Shown here one piece after another: positions 38,773 through 54,000 of a stretch of DNA of 64,000 nt; within the stretch, counting starts at the first letter, position 1, and every line of letters begins with the position of its first letter. The stretch is taken from assembly GCA_951406725.2 (NCBI GenBank), contig OX597842.1:30194001-30258000 (forward strand), in the 5' to 3' direction. The notes under the pieces were generated by a model that was not told the origin of the DNA, made no database searches, and was given only the letters and a program-made list of their open reading frames with translations. Origin of the DNA: Octopus vulgaris (taxonomy: Eukaryota). A program made the translations under genes and the position numbers.

Positions 38773-39164
38773 ACATATGGACGCATATATATATTTATAT
38801 ATATAAGCCTGTCTCGCGTTTTCGGCATTTCCTGTTTCATTAAGTTTTTTTTCTATTTCGAACCTCGTCCTGCCATAGAGATTTCTCCCTCGTGGGGTCT
38901 CCCTTCTCTCTCTCTCTTTCCCCCTCTTCTATCTAACACGCCAATCGTCCCCCCCCCCCGAAAAACCCCTAATCTCTATATAAACCAGTGTTTGCTCGGT
39001 TCCTGCCTCCACTCGATTCCTCATTGCTTTGCTTCGGATGATAAACTTGGATTTCAGAAATGTGCAGCTAAGATAACCTTGTTTCATTACCGTTTAGGCG
39101 CTGATCTCGAACCCCGATACCTTCTCCCCTCTCCATTAACTATCTCCCTCCTCTCTATTTTAAG

Positions 39165-39250
39165 AATTTTAACCAATGAAATCCCAACATCTTCGAATTT
39201 TAACCAATGAAATCCCAGCATCTTCGAACTTTAACCAATGAAATCCCAGC
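39165..39250. repeat. 31-bp tandem repeat, about 3 copies
   Basis: ttttaaccaatgaaatccca.catcttcgaa units. Confidence 0.8.
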
Positions 39251-39291
39251 ATTGCTGCGTTATCGATATTGATAAAGAAATATAGCAGACG

Positions 39292-42200
39292 CACGACACA
39301 CACACACACACACACACTCTCTCTCTCTCTCAAACACATGCATATACATTTGCACAAGCACATAGTAATTAATATATAAGCGTACACACACATACAAACG
39401 ACACACACACACACACACTCTCTCTCTCTCTCTCAAACACATGCATATACATTTGCACAAGCACATAGTAATTAATATATAAGCGTACACACACATACAA
39501 ACGACACACACACACACACACTCTCTCTCTCTCTCTCTCAAACACATGCATATACATTTGCACAAGCACATAGTAATTAATATATAAGCGTACACACACA
39601 TACAAACGACACACACACACACACACTCTCTCTCTCTCTCTCTCAAACACATGCATATACATTTGCACAAGCACATAGTAATTAATATATAAGCGTACAC
39701 ACACATACAAACGACACACACACACACTCTCTCTCCCTCTCTCTCTCTCAAACACATGCATATACATTTGCACAAGCACATAGTAATTAATATATAAGCG
39801 TACACACACACACACAAACGACACACACACACACTCTCTCCCTCTCTCTCTCTCAAACACATGCATATACATTTGCACAAGCACATAGTAATTAATATAT
39901 AAGCGTACACACACATACAAACGACACACACACACACTCTCTCTCTCTCTCTCTCAAACACATGCATATACATTTGCACAAGCACATAGTAATTAATATA
40001 TAAGCGTACACACACATACAAACGACACACACACACTCTCTCTCTCTCTCTCTCTCTCTCTCAAACACATGCATATACATTTGCACAAGCACATAGTAAT
40101 TAATATATAAGCGTACACACACATACAAACGACACACACACACACACTCTCTCTCTCTCTCTCAAACACATGCATATACATTTGCACAAGCACATAGTAA
40201 TTAATATATAAGCGTACACACACACACAAACGACACACACACACACTCTCTCTCTCTCTCTCTCTCAAACACATGCATATACATTTGCACAAGCACATAG
40301 TAATTAATATATAAGCGTACACACACACACAAACGACACACACACACACTCTCTCTCTCTCTCTCTCTCAAACACATGCATATACATTTGCACAAGCACA
40401 TAGTAATTAATATATAAGCGTACACACACATACAAACGACACACACACACTCTCTCTCTCTCTCTCTCTCTCAAACACATGCATATACATTTGCACAAGA
40501 ACATAGTAATTAATATATAAGCGTACACACACATACAAACGACACACACACACACTCTCTCTCTCTCTCTCTCTCAAACACATGCATATACATTTGCACA
40601 AGCACATAGTAATTAATATATAAGCGTACACACACATACAAACGACACACACACACTCTCTCTCTCTCTCTCCCAAACACATGCATATACATTTGCACAA
40701 GCACATAGTAATTAATATATAAGCGTACACACACATACAAACGACACACACACACACACTCTCTCTCTCTCTCTCTCTCTCAAACACATGCATATACATT
40801 TGCACAAGCACATAGTAATTAATATATAAGCATACACACACATACAAACGACACACACACACTCTCTCTCTCTCTCTCCCAAACACATGCATATACATTT
40901 GCACAAGCACATAGTAATTAATATATAAGCGTACACACACATACAAACGACACACACACACACACACACACTCTCTCTCTCTCTCAAACACATGCATATA
41001 CATTTGCACAAGCACATAGTAATTAATATATAAGCGTACACACACACACACACACACTCTCTCTCTCTCTCAAACACATGCATATACATTTGCACAAGCA
41101 CATAGTAATTAATATATAAGCGTACACACACATACAAACGACACACACACACACACACTCTCTCTCTCTCTCAAACACATGCATATACATTTGCACGAAC
41201 ACATAGTAATTAATATATAAGCGTACACACACATACAAACGACACACACACACACTCTCTCTCTCTCTCTCTCTCAAACACATGCATATACATTTGCACA
41301 AGCACATAGAAATTAATATATAAGCGTACACACACACACACACACTCTCTCTCTCTCTCTCAAACACATGCATATACATTTGCACAAGCAGATAGTAATT
41401 AATATATAAGCGTACACACACATACAAACGACACACACACACACACACACTCTCTCTCTCTCTCTCAAACACATGCATATACATTTGCACAAGCACATAG
41501 TAATTAATATATAAGCGTACACACACATACAAACGACACACACACACACACACACTCTCTCTCTCTCTCTCTCAAACACATGCATATACATTTGCACAAG
41601 CACATAGTAATTAATATATAAGCGTACACACACATCCAAACGACACACACACACACTCTCTCTCTCTCTCTCAAACACATGCATATACATTTGCACAAGC
41701 ACATAGTAATTAATATATAAGCGTACACACACATACAAACGACACACACACACACTCTCTCTCTCTCTCTCTCAAACACATGCATATACATTTGCACATG
41801 CACATAGTAATTAATATATAAGCGTACACACACATACAAACGACACACACACACACGCTCTCTCTCTCTCTCAAACACATGCATATACATTTGCACAAGC
41901 ACATAGTAATTAATATATAAGCGTACACACACATACAAACGACACACACACACACACACACACTCTCTCTCTCTCTCAAACACATGCATATACATTTGCA
42001 CAAGCACATAGTAATTAATATATAAGCGTACACACACACACACGCACTCTCTCTCTCTCTCAAACACATGCATATACATTTGCACAAGCACATAGTAATT
42101 AATATATAAGCGTACACACACACATACACTCACACTCTCTCTCTCTCTCTCAAACACATGCATATACATTTGCACAAGCACATAGTAATTAATATATAAG

Positions 42201-42325
42201 CGTACACACACATACAAACGACACACACACACACACACACTCTCTCTCTCTCTCTCAAACACATGCATATACATTTGCACAAGCACATAGTAATTAATAT
42301 ATAAGCGTACACACACATACAAACG
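39292..42325. repeat. ~100-bp minisatellite, about 30 copies, with embedded (CA)n(CT)n
   Basis: Constant core aaacacatgcatatacatttgcacaagcacatagtaattaatatataagcgtac with variable dinucleotide runs. Confidence 0.95.
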
Positions 42326-42997
42326 GACATATACATACACACACATACGCACACAAGCATACATTACACGTTCGTGTTTTGCCCCTTGCCGCAACAAATT
42401 TGCACAAAAGGTAAATAAACCAGAAGGGGGGGGTTCAATGTTTCATCGTTTCGGGGTCGATAAATTAAGTACCAATTACGCACTGGTGTCGAGGATTTTT
42501 CCCCAATTTATATCACAGCTTCCGACAAGCTGGGGGCATCATTTTATGAAAAAATATTTCGCAAATTTATACAATACGACTCACACTCCACGCGCAAACT
42601 CGAGACCGATTTAGGCATATTATTGTTTTGTTTTTGTTGTTTCTGGCCATTCAAAACCATGGGAGAAGCCTTTTTGGTAAAAAAAAATAAAGAAAATATT
42701 CAAAAAATATCGTTAATATTTTTATTGGGCGACGAAATTAATCGATTTAAGAGATATAGCTGTTATTTCTAGCACATGTAGAAGACAGAAGAAGAGGTAA
42801 ATAATTTGAGCTCGAATGCTGCGATTTCATTGGTTAAAATTCTTAAAATTAAACTACGTTTAAGTTACGAATTACAATTTTGTTTTCAATTTTGTTTACA
42901 ATAATGTTTTCTTTTGACACATTCTACCAGTATACGAAGTTTCAAATAGTTTAGTTAACTAGGAAAATCTGGCCCTCAAAATGAAAAGATCCTATAT

Positions 42998-43079
<82 letters not shown>

Positions 43080-43454
43080 GAGCAACTGAAATGTGTATAT
43101 TCATGAATGTAATCTTAATATACAGCAAACAAATGTGTGTGTATATACATATATTAATAGGTGAAGGTATAATGTATACATATTTTCGACCCAGCAAGAC
43201 CATCTTGAGTTTTAGTTTATACATCCCACAATGTATAGCTTCTTCTCATGTCTACCAAATACTGCTTTTAGCAGAATATACACACATATTAGAGAGATCG
43301 TCACAGATTATATAACTATATAATGAAGGAAAATCGTTTTGTGAAAGAGAGAATGTCTGACAATTATAGACAAACTGATCGAAGGCAGATTTCTCATCAA
43401 TCCCAAAAAACAACAACGGATCTTTTCCTTTTGAACGGCACATGTCAACACAAT

Positions 43455-43922
43455 TTCTAGTTAACTAAACACTTTTAAACTTCGTATACTGGTAGAATGT
43501 GTTTATAAAACATCATTTTTTCTTGGCTTTATCGAGAAAATTCTATATGTTGTAAGATATTTCCACTTTAATTTCAAGCATTTCGGCAATTTTAACCAAT
43601 CACTGACCTCCATTTGGGGGGAAAACATTCCGTGCTGTATGAATATGTCCCTCATTTAAGAAACAGATTGGGTTTATTTACATTTGTGAAGTAAAAAAGA
43701 TACCCTTCCCCCACCCCTAACCCTAAGCCTAATTCACCCTAACTCTAACCCTAAATCTAAAATAGATTGAAATGCAATAGATCGATACTAGGTTTATAAT
43801 TATGGGTGACAATTTCATACGACACCGCTACGGAAAATGGGATTTTTTCGAGCAGTGTCAAATGAAAATGTCACCCATAATTATAACCCTAGTATCGATC
43901 TATTACATTTCAATCTATTTAC
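43455..43922. mobile_element. MITE-like fragments with a ~70-bp inverted repeat and degenerate CCCTAA repeats
   Basis: 43759-43830 is inverted at 43850-43922; 43455-43605 is inverted relative to 42825-42965. Confidence 0.55.
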
Positions 43923-44322
43923 AGATTATTTACTGCCATAACAAGCTATAGGATCTTTCTTCTTGTTTTAGATCTCAAATAACATTTTCTTTGGAGAAAA
44001 ATTGATCGATTTCTCCAAAATCAATATCAAGAGAGGACACTGAATCACACAGCGTCAATCTTAAGAACTGTTGGATCTCAAAGAATATCTCCAAAACAAA
44101 AAGAATCTGTTATGACAAGAAATGATGAAAAAGATTTTTGTGATTCAATGAAGAGGATTCATGGAGAAAATGAGAAAAAGATGTTATTTGGTTACTACTA
44201 TCATGTTGTTATCGTGTCACACTGCCACTATTATGGTATCTTTGGATATTCAATTTGTCTGGAATTGCAAGAAATTTTGAAACAAAAGCAGATCTGTAGA
44301 TTTTAGTTAATTCAAGCCTTAC

Positions 44323-44477
44323 TTCTCCACTGCATAATGCAATGCTGTCCACTTCTTGTCTTCGTCACTGATGTTGAGATCAGCGCCAGATTTTGTCAAT
44401 AAGGTTATTAACTTTTTATTGCCTTGTTCACAGGCAGCCATGAGAACCGTAACACCTTTTGAATTTCTGTTGTTGAC
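44323..44477 (-). CDS. ANK-RING gene exon 2
   Basis: ctcttcag/gtaagg; VNNRNSKGVTVLMAAC..GADLNISDEDKKWTALHYAV. Confidence 0.9.
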
Positions 44478-44972
44478 CTGAAGAGAAGAAAGAGAAGACA
44501 TGTGAAATATATTAAAGGAGAGAGAGGAGAGAGAGAGAGAAGAGAGAGAAAAGGGAGAGAGAGAGAGAGAGAGAGAGTAGAGAGAGTAAAGAAGATGCAG
44601 GAGTGAAAAAAAGGAATACGAAAGAGAAATAAAGATAAACACACACACACAAATGCATGCACACACACACACACTCACACATGCACACACACACGCACGC
44701 CCACACACACACACACATCATGTTGCAGGGGTTTTCTCAGCCAGAGTTTGCCCTTATTTAGAGTTACACTCCTCCGAGACGAGTCAGGAGACCTTGTAGA
44801 CACAGGCGTGGCTGTGTGGTAAGGAGTTTGCTTTCCAACCCCATGGTTCTTGGTTCAATCTCACTGTGTGGCACTTGAGTGTCTTCTTTTATAGCCCTGG
44901 GATGACCAGAGCTTTGTGAGTGAGCCTGACAGAAAATGAAAGAGACCCATCATACATATGTATGTGTGTGTG

Positions 44973-45010
<38 letters not shown>

Positions 45011-45013
45011 TAT

Positions 45014-48000
45014 ATGTTCCCCCTTCCCATAACCATCATCGCCATGGTCCTCTATGCCCACTCCCCAAAACCATCATCGCCATACATAAAAGAGCGATCG
45101 CATTTATCGTTAACCCCACTCGCTTCAAAATATCTAAAGAATACGCACAGATCATGAATGGCTAAAGTGAATCGTTCAACCTCGCTACGACTACCTTCTT
45201 TCTTGCACTTATCCTTACTCTTTCTCTATTCTTCAATTTCCATCTCATTGTATTGTCCCTCATTCTTTCAGTATTCCCTCATTACCCTGTCTAGCTCAAA
45301 CATTTTTTTTTCGTTTAGACTTGTCTCCAGGTTCATAGCCACTCTGATTTTTCAATTTTTCAATTTTTCGTTTAGTATTGTCTCCCGATTCATACAAACC
45401 CATTTGCTAGCTCACGATTAACAGAACCTCTTTACTCAGCTACGGTGTTATATTAGCTATCAATAATGATATTCCCTCTGATTTTTCTGATTTTCAAACC
45501 TATTTATCTAATGTTTATTTATCGACAATGCCGTCCCCAGTCAAATTCCCTCACACCGCTTATTGTCACGTGTCCCTTGACCTCTCTCTCTAACTAACCC
45601 TATCTCTCTCTCGCTATGTTCCCCCCTTCCCATAACCATCATCGCCACGGTCCTCTATGCCCACTCCCCAAAACCATCATCGCCATACATAAAAGAGCGA
45701 TCGCATTTATCGTTAACCCCACTCGCTTCAAAATATCTAAAGAATACGCACAGATCATGAATGGCTAAAGTGAATCGTTCAACCTCGCTACGACTACCTT
45801 CTTTCTTGCACTTATCCTTACTCTTTCTCTATTCTTCAATTTCCATCTCATTGTATTGTCCCTCATTCTTTCAGTATTCCCTCATTACCCTGTCTAGCTC
45901 AAACATTTTTTTTCGTTTAGACTTGTCTCCAGGTTCATAGCCACTCTGATTTTTCAATTTTTCGTTTAGTATTGTCTCCCGATTCATACAAACCCATTTG
46001 CTAGCTCACGATTAACAGAACCTCTTTACTCAGCTACGGTGTTATATTAGCTATCAATAATGATATTCCCTCTGATTTTTCTGATTTTCAAACCTATTTA
46101 TCTAATGTTTATTTATCGACAATGCCGTCCCCAGTCAAATTCCCTCACACCGCTTATTGTCACGTGTCCCTTGACCTCTCTCTCTAACTAACCCTATCTC
46201 TCTCTCGCTATGTTCCCCCCTTCCCATAACCATCATCGCCATGGTCCTCTATGCCCACTCCCCAAAACCATCATCGCCATACATAAAAGAGCGATCGCAT
46301 TTATCGTTAACCCCACTCGCTTCAAAATATCTAAAGAATACGCACAGATCATGAATGGCTAAAGTGAATCGTTCAACCTCGCTACGACTACCTTCTTTCT
46401 TGCACTTATCCTTACTCTTTCTCTATTCTTCAATTTCCATCTCATTGTATTGTCCCTCATTCTTTCAGTATTCCCTCATTACCCTGTCTAGCTCAAACAT
46501 TTTTTTTTTTTTTTTTCGTTTAGACTTGTCTCCAGGTTCATAGCCACTCTGATTTTTCAATTTTTCAATTTTTCAATTTTTCAATTTTTCAATTTTTCGT
46601 TTAGTATTGTCTCCCGATTCATACAAACCCATTTGCTAGCTCACGATTAACAGAACCTCTTTACTCAGCTACGGTGTTATATTAGCTATCAATAATGATA
46701 TTCCCTCTGATTTTTCTGATTTTCAAACCTATTTATCTAATGTTTATTTATCGACAATGCCGTCCCCAGTCAAATTCCCTCACACCGCTTATTGTCACGT
46801 GTCCCTTGACCTCTCTCTCTAACTAACCCTATCTCTCTCTCGCTATGTTCCCCCTTCCCATAACCATCATCGCCACGGTCCTCTATGCCCACTCCCCAAA
46901 ACCATCATCGCCATACATAAAAGAGCGATCGCATTTATCGTTAACCCCACTCGCTTCAAAATATCTAAAGAATACGCACAGATCATGAATGGCTAAAGTG
47001 AATCGTTCAACCTCGCTACGACTACCTTCTTTCTTGCACTTATCCTTACTCTTTCTCTATTCTTCAATTTCCATCTCATTGTATTGTCCCTCATTCTTTC
47101 AGTATTCCCTCATTACCCTGTCTAGCTCAAACATTTTTTTTCGTTTAGACTTGTCTCCAGGTTCATAGCCACTCTGATTTTTCAATTTTTCAATTTTTCA
47201 ATTTTTCAATTTTTCGTTTAGTATTGTCTCCCGATTCATACTAACCCATTTGCTAGCTCACGATTAACAGAACCTCTTTACTCAGCTACGGTGTTATATT
47301 AGCTATCAATAATGATATTCCCTCTGATTTTTCTGATTTTCAAACCTATTTATCTAATGTTTATTTATCGACAATGCCGTCCCCAGTCAAATTCCCTCAC
47401 ACCGCTTATTGTCACGTGTCCCTTGACCTCTCTCTCTAACTAACCCTATCTCTCTCTCGCTATGTTCCCCCCTTCCCATAACCATCATCGCCATGGTCCT
47501 CTATGCCCACTCCCCAAAACCATCATCGCCATACATAAAAGAGCGATCGCATTTATCGTTAACCCCACTCGCTTCAAAATATCTAAAGAATACGCACAGA
47601 TCATGAATGGCTAAAGTGAATCGTTCAACCTCGCTACGACTACCTTCTTTCTTGCACTTATCCTTACTCTTTCTCTATTCTTCAATTTCCATCTCATTGT
47701 ATTGTCCCTCATTCTTTCAGTATTCCCTCATTACCCTGTCTAGCTCAAACATTTTTTTTTTTTTTTTCGTTTAGACTTGTCTCCAGGTTCATAGCCACTC
47801 TGATTTTTCAATTTTTCAATTTTTCAATTTTTCAATTTTTCAATTTTTCTTTTTGTTTAGTATTGTCTCCCGATTCATACAAACCCATTTGCTAGCTCAC
47901 GATTAACAGAACCTCTTTACTCAGCTACGGTGTTATATTAGCTATCAATAATGATATTCCCTCTGATTTTTCTGATTTTCAAACCTATTTATCTAATGTT

Positions 48001-51000
48001 TATTTATCGACAATGCCGTCCCCAGTCAAATTCCCTCACACCGCTTATTGTCACGTGTCCCTTGACCTCTCTCTCTAACTAACCCTATCTCTCTCTCGCT
48101 ATGTTCCCCCCTTCCCATAACCATCATCGCCATGGTCCTCTATGCCCACTCCCCAAAACCATCATCGCCATACATAAAAGAGCGATCGCATTTATCGTTA
48201 ACCCCACTCGCTTCAAAATATCTAAAGAATACGCACAGATCATGAATGGCTAAAGTGAATCGTTCAACCTCGCTACGACTACCTTCTTTCTTGCACTTAT
48301 CCTTACTCTTTCTCTATTCTTCAATTTCCATCTCATTGTATTGTCCCTCATTCTTTCAGTATTCCCTCATTACCCTGTCTAGCTCAAACATTTTTTTTCG
48401 TTTAGACTTGTCTCCAGGTTCATAGCCACTCTGATTTTTCAATTTTTCGTTTAGTATTGTCTCCCGATTCATACAAACCCATTTGCTAGCTCACGATTAA
48501 CAGAACCTCTTTACTCAGCTACGGTGTTATATTAGCTATCAATAATGATATTCCCTCTGATTTTTCTGATTTTCAAACCTATTTATCTAATGTTTATTTA
48601 TCGACAATGCCGTCCCCAGTCAAATTCCCTCACACCGCTTATTGTCACGTGTCCCTTGACCTCTCTCTCTAACTAACCCTATCTCTCTCTCGCTATGTTC
48701 CCCCCTTCCCATAACCATCATCGCCATGGTCCTCTATGCCCACTCCCCAAAACCATCATCGCCATACATAAAAGAGCGATCGCATTTATCGTTAACCCCA
48801 CTCGCTTCAAAATATCTAAAGAATACGCACAGATCATGAATGGCTAAAGTGAATCGTTCAACCTCGCTACGACTACCTTCTTTCTTGCACTTATCCTTAC
48901 TCTTTCTCTATTCTTCAATTTCCATCTCATTGTATTGTCCCTCATTCTTTCAGTATTCCCTCATTACCCTGTCTAGCTCAAACATTTTTTTTTTTTTTTT
49001 TCGTTTAGACTTGTCTCCAGGTTCATAGCCACTCTGATTTTTCAATTTTTCAATTTTTCAATTTTTCAATTTTTCAATTTTTCGTTTAGTATTGTCTCCC
49101 GATTCATACAAACCCATTTGCTAGCTCACGATTAACAGAACCTCTTTACTCAGCTACGGTGTTATATTAGCTATCAATAATGATATTCCCTCTGATTTTT
49201 CTGATTTTCAAACCTATTTATCTAATGTTTATTTATCGACAATGCCGTCCCCAGTCAAATTCCCTCACACCGCTTATTGTCACGTGTCCCTTGACCTCTC
49301 TCTCTAACTAACCCTATCTCTCTCTCGCTATGTTCCCCCCTTCCCATAACCATCATCGCCATGGTCCTCTATGCCCACTCCCCAAAACCATCATCGCCAT
49401 ACATAAAAGAGCGATCGCATTTATCGTTAACCCCACTCGCTTCAAAATATCTAAAGAATACGCACAGATCATGAATGGCTAAAGTGAATCGTTCAACCTC
49501 GCTACGACTACCTTCTTTCTTGCACTTATCCTTACTCTTTCTCTATTCTTCAATTTCCATCTCATTGTATTGTCCCTCATTCTTTCAGTATTCCCTCATT
49601 ACCCTGTCTAGCTCAAACATTTTTTTTTTTTTTCGTTTAGACTTGTCTCCAGGTTCATAGCCACTCTGATTTTTCAATTTTTCAATTTTTCAATTTTTCA
49701 ATTTTTCAATTTTTCGTTTAGTATTGTCTCCCGATTCATACAAACCCATTTGCTAGCTCACGATTAACAGAACCTCTTTACTCAGCTACGGTGTTATATT
49801 AGCTATCAATAATGATATTCCCTCTGATTTTTCTGATTTTCAAACCTATTTATCTAATGTTTATTTATCGACAATGCCGTCCCCAGTCAAATTCCCTCAC
49901 ACCGCTTATTGTCACGTGTCCCTTGACCTCTCTCTCTAACTAACCCTATCTCTCTCTCGCTATGTTCCCCCTTCCCATAACCATCATCGCCACGGTCCTC
50001 TATGCCCACTCCCCAAAACCATCATCGCCATACATAAAAGAGCGATCGCATTTATCGTTAACCCCACTCGCTTCAAAATATCTAAAGAATACGCACAGAT
50101 CATGAATGGCTAAAGTGAATCGTTCAACCTCGCTACGACTACCTTCTTTCTTGCACTTATCCTTACTCTTTCTCTATTCTTCAATTTCCATCTCATTGTA
50201 TTGTCCCTCATTCTTTCAGTATTCCCTCATTACCCTGTCTAGCTCAAACATTTTTTTTCGTTTAGACTTGTCTCCAGGTTCATAGCCACTCTGATTTTTC
50301 AATTTTTCGTTTAGTATTGTCTCCCGATTCATACAAACCCATTTGCTAGCTCACGATTAACAGAACCTCTTTACTCAGCTACGGTGTTATATTAGCTATC
50401 AATAATGATATTCCCTCTGATTTTTCTGATTTTCAAACCTATTTATCTAATGTTTATTTATCGACAATGCCGTCCCCAGTCAAATTCCCTCACACCGCTT
50501 ATTGTCACGTGTCCCTTGACCTCTCTCTCTAACTAACCCTATCTCTCTCTCGCTATGTTCCCCCTTCCCATAACCATCATCGCCATGGTCCTCTATGCCC
50601 ACTCCCCAAAACCATCATCGCCATACATAAAAGAGCGATCGCATTTATCGTTAACCCCACTCGCTTCAAAATATCTAAAGAATACGCACAGATCATGAAT
50701 GGCTAAAGTGAATCGTTCAACCTCGCTACGACTACCTTCTTTCTTGCACTTATCCTTACTCTTTCTCTATTCTTCAATTTCCATCTCATTGTATTGTCCC
50801 TCATTCTTTCAGTATTCCCTCATTACCCTGTCTAGCTCAAACATTTTTTTTTTTTTTTTCGTTTAGACTTGTCTCCAGGTTCATAGCCACTCTGATTTTT
50901 CAATTTTTCAATTTTTCAATTTTTCAATTTTTCAATTTTTCGTTTAGTATTGTCTCCCGATTCATACAAACCCATTTGCTAGCTCACGATTAACAGAACC

Positions 51001-54000
51001 TCTTTACTCAGCTACGGTGTTATATTAGCTATCAATAATGATATTCCCTCTGATTTTTCTGATTTTCAAACCTATTTATCTAATGTTTATTTATCGACAA
51101 TGCCGTCCCCAGTCAAATTCCCTCACACCGCTTATTGTCACGTGTCCCTTGACCTCTCTCTCTAACTAACCCTATCTCTCTCTCGCTATGTTCCCCCTTC
51201 CCATAACCATCATCGCCACGGTCCTCTATGCCCACTCCCCAAAACCATCATCGCCATACATAAAAGAGCGATCGCATTTATCGTTAACCCCACTCGCTTC
51301 AAAATATCTAAAGAATACGCACAGATCATGAATGGCTAAAGTGAATCGTTCAACCTCGCTACGACTACCTTCTTTCTTGCACTTATCCTTACTCTTTCTC
51401 TATTCTTCAATTTCCATCTCATTGTATTGTCCCTCATTCTTTCAGTATTCCCTCATTACCCTGTCTAGCTCAAACATTTTTTTTCGTTTAGACTTGTCTC
51501 CAGGTTCATAGCCACTCTGATTTTTCAATTTTTCGTTTAGTATTGTCTCCCGATTCATACAAACCCATTTGCTAGCTCACGATTAACAGAACCTCTTTAC
51601 TCAGCTACGGTGTTATATTAGCTATCAATAATGATATTCCCTCTGATTTTTCTGATTTTCAAACCTATTTATCTAATGTTTATTTATCGACAATGCCGTC
51701 CCCAGTCAAATTCCCTCACACCGCTTATTGTCACGTGTCCCTTGACCTCTCTCTCTAACTAACCCTATCTCTCTCTCGCTATGTTCCCCCCTTCCCATAA
51801 CCATCATCGCCATGGTCCTCTATGCCCACTCCCCAAAACCATCATCGCCATACATAAAAGAGCGATCGCATTTATCGTTAACCCCACTCGCTTCAAAATA
51901 TCTAAAGAATACGCACAGATCATGAATGGCTAAAGTGAATCGTTCAACCTCGCTACGACTACCTTCTTTCTTGCACTTATCCTTACTCTTTCTCTATTCT
52001 TCAATTTCCATCTCATTGTATTGTCCCTCATTCTTTCAGTATTCCCTCATTACCCTGTCTAGCTCAAACATTTTTTTTTTTCGTTTAGACTTGTCTCCAG
52101 GTTCATAGCCACTCTGATTTTTCAATTTTTCAATTTTTCAATTTTTCAATTTTTCAATTTTTCGTTTAGTATTGTCTCCCGATTCATACAAACCCATTTG
52201 CTAGCTCACGATTAACAGAACCTCTTTACTCAGCTACGGTGTTATATTAGCTATCAATAATGATATTCCCTCTGATTTTTCTGATTTTCAAACCTATTTA
52301 TCTAATGTTTATTTATCGACAATGCCGTCCCCAGTCAAATTCCCTCACACCGCTTATTGTCACGTGTCCCTTGACCTCTCTCTCTAACTAACCCTATCTC
52401 TCTCTCGCTATGTTCCCCCCTTCCCATAACCATCATCGCCATGGTCCTCTATGCCCACTCCCCAAAACCATCATCGCCATACATAAAAGAGCGATCGCAT
52501 TTATCGTTAACCCCACTCGCTTCAAAATATCTAAAGAATACGCACAGATCATGAATGGCTAAAGTGAATCGTTCAACCTCGCTACGACTACCTTCTTTCT
52601 TGCACTTATCCTTACTCTTTCTCTATTCTTCAATTTCCATCTCATTGTATTGTCCCTCATTCTTTCAGTATTCCCTCATTACCCTGTCTAGCTCAAACAT
52701 TTTTTTTCGTTTAGACTTGTCTCCAGGTTCATAGCCACTCTGATTTTTCAATTTTTCGTTTAGTATTGTCTCCCGATTCATACAAACCCATTTGCTAGCT
52801 CACGATTAACAGAACCTCTTTACTCAGCTACGGTGTTATATTAGCTATCAATAATGATATTCCCTCTGATTTTTCTGATTTTCAAACCTATTTATCTAAT
52901 GTTTATTTATCGACAATGCCGTCCCCAGTCAAATTCCCTCACACCGCTTATTGTCACGTGTCCCTTGACCTCTCTCTCTAACTAACCCTATCTCTCTCTC
53001 GCTATGTTCCCCCTTCCCATAACCATCATCGCCATGGTCCTCTATGCCCACTCCCCAAAACCATCATCGCCATACATAAAAGAGCGATCGCATTTATCGT
53101 TAACCCCACTCGCTTCAAAATATCTAAAGAATACGCACAGATCATGAATGGCTAAAGTGAATCGTTCAACCTCGCTACGACTACCTTCTTTCTTGCACTT
53201 ATCCTTACTCTTTCTCTATTCTTCAATTTCCATCTCATTGTATTGTCCCTCATTCTTTCAGTATTCCCTCATTACCCTGTCTAGCTCAAACATTTTTTTT
53301 TTTTTTTTTCGTTTAGACTTGTCTCCAGGTTCATAGCCACTCTGATTTTTCAATTTTTCAATTTTTCAATTTTTCAATTTTTCAATTTTTCGTTTAGTAT
53401 TGTCTCCCGATTCATACAAACCCATTTGCTAGCTCACGATTAACAGAACCTCTTTACTCAGCTACGGTGTTATATTAGCTATCAATAATGATATTCCCTC
53501 TGATTTTTCTGATTTTCAAACCTATTTATCTAATGTTTATTTATCGACAATGCCGTCCCCAGTCAAATTCCCTCACACCGCTTATTGTCACGTGTCCCTT
53601 GACCTCTCTCTCTAACTAACCCTATCTCTCTCTCGCTATGTTCCCCCCTTCCCATAACCATCATCGCCATGGTCCTCTATGCCCACTCCCCAAAACCATC
53701 ATCGCCATACATAAAAGAGCGATCGCATTTATCGTTAACCCCACTCGCTTCAAAATATCTAAAGAATACGCACAGATCATGAATGGCTAAAGTGAATCGT
53801 TCAACCTCGCTACGACTACCTTCTTTCTTGCACTTATCCTTACTCTTTCTCTATTCTTCAATTTCCATCTCATTGTATTGTCCCTCATTCTTTCAGTATT
53901 CCCTCATTACCCTGTCTAGCTCAAACATTTTTTTTTTTTTTTTCGTTTAGACTTGTCTCCAGGTTCATAGCCACTCTGATTTTTCAATTTTTCAATTTTT

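Noticed and set aside
39260-42397. Cys/Val-rich ORFs or a CRISPR-like repeat-spacer array
   Set aside because: The variable parts are only CA/CT length changes, not unique spacers; eukaryotic context with no cas genes.
43713-43756. Interstitial telomere
   Set aside because: Only a few degenerate CCCTAA units inside a MITE-like repeat.
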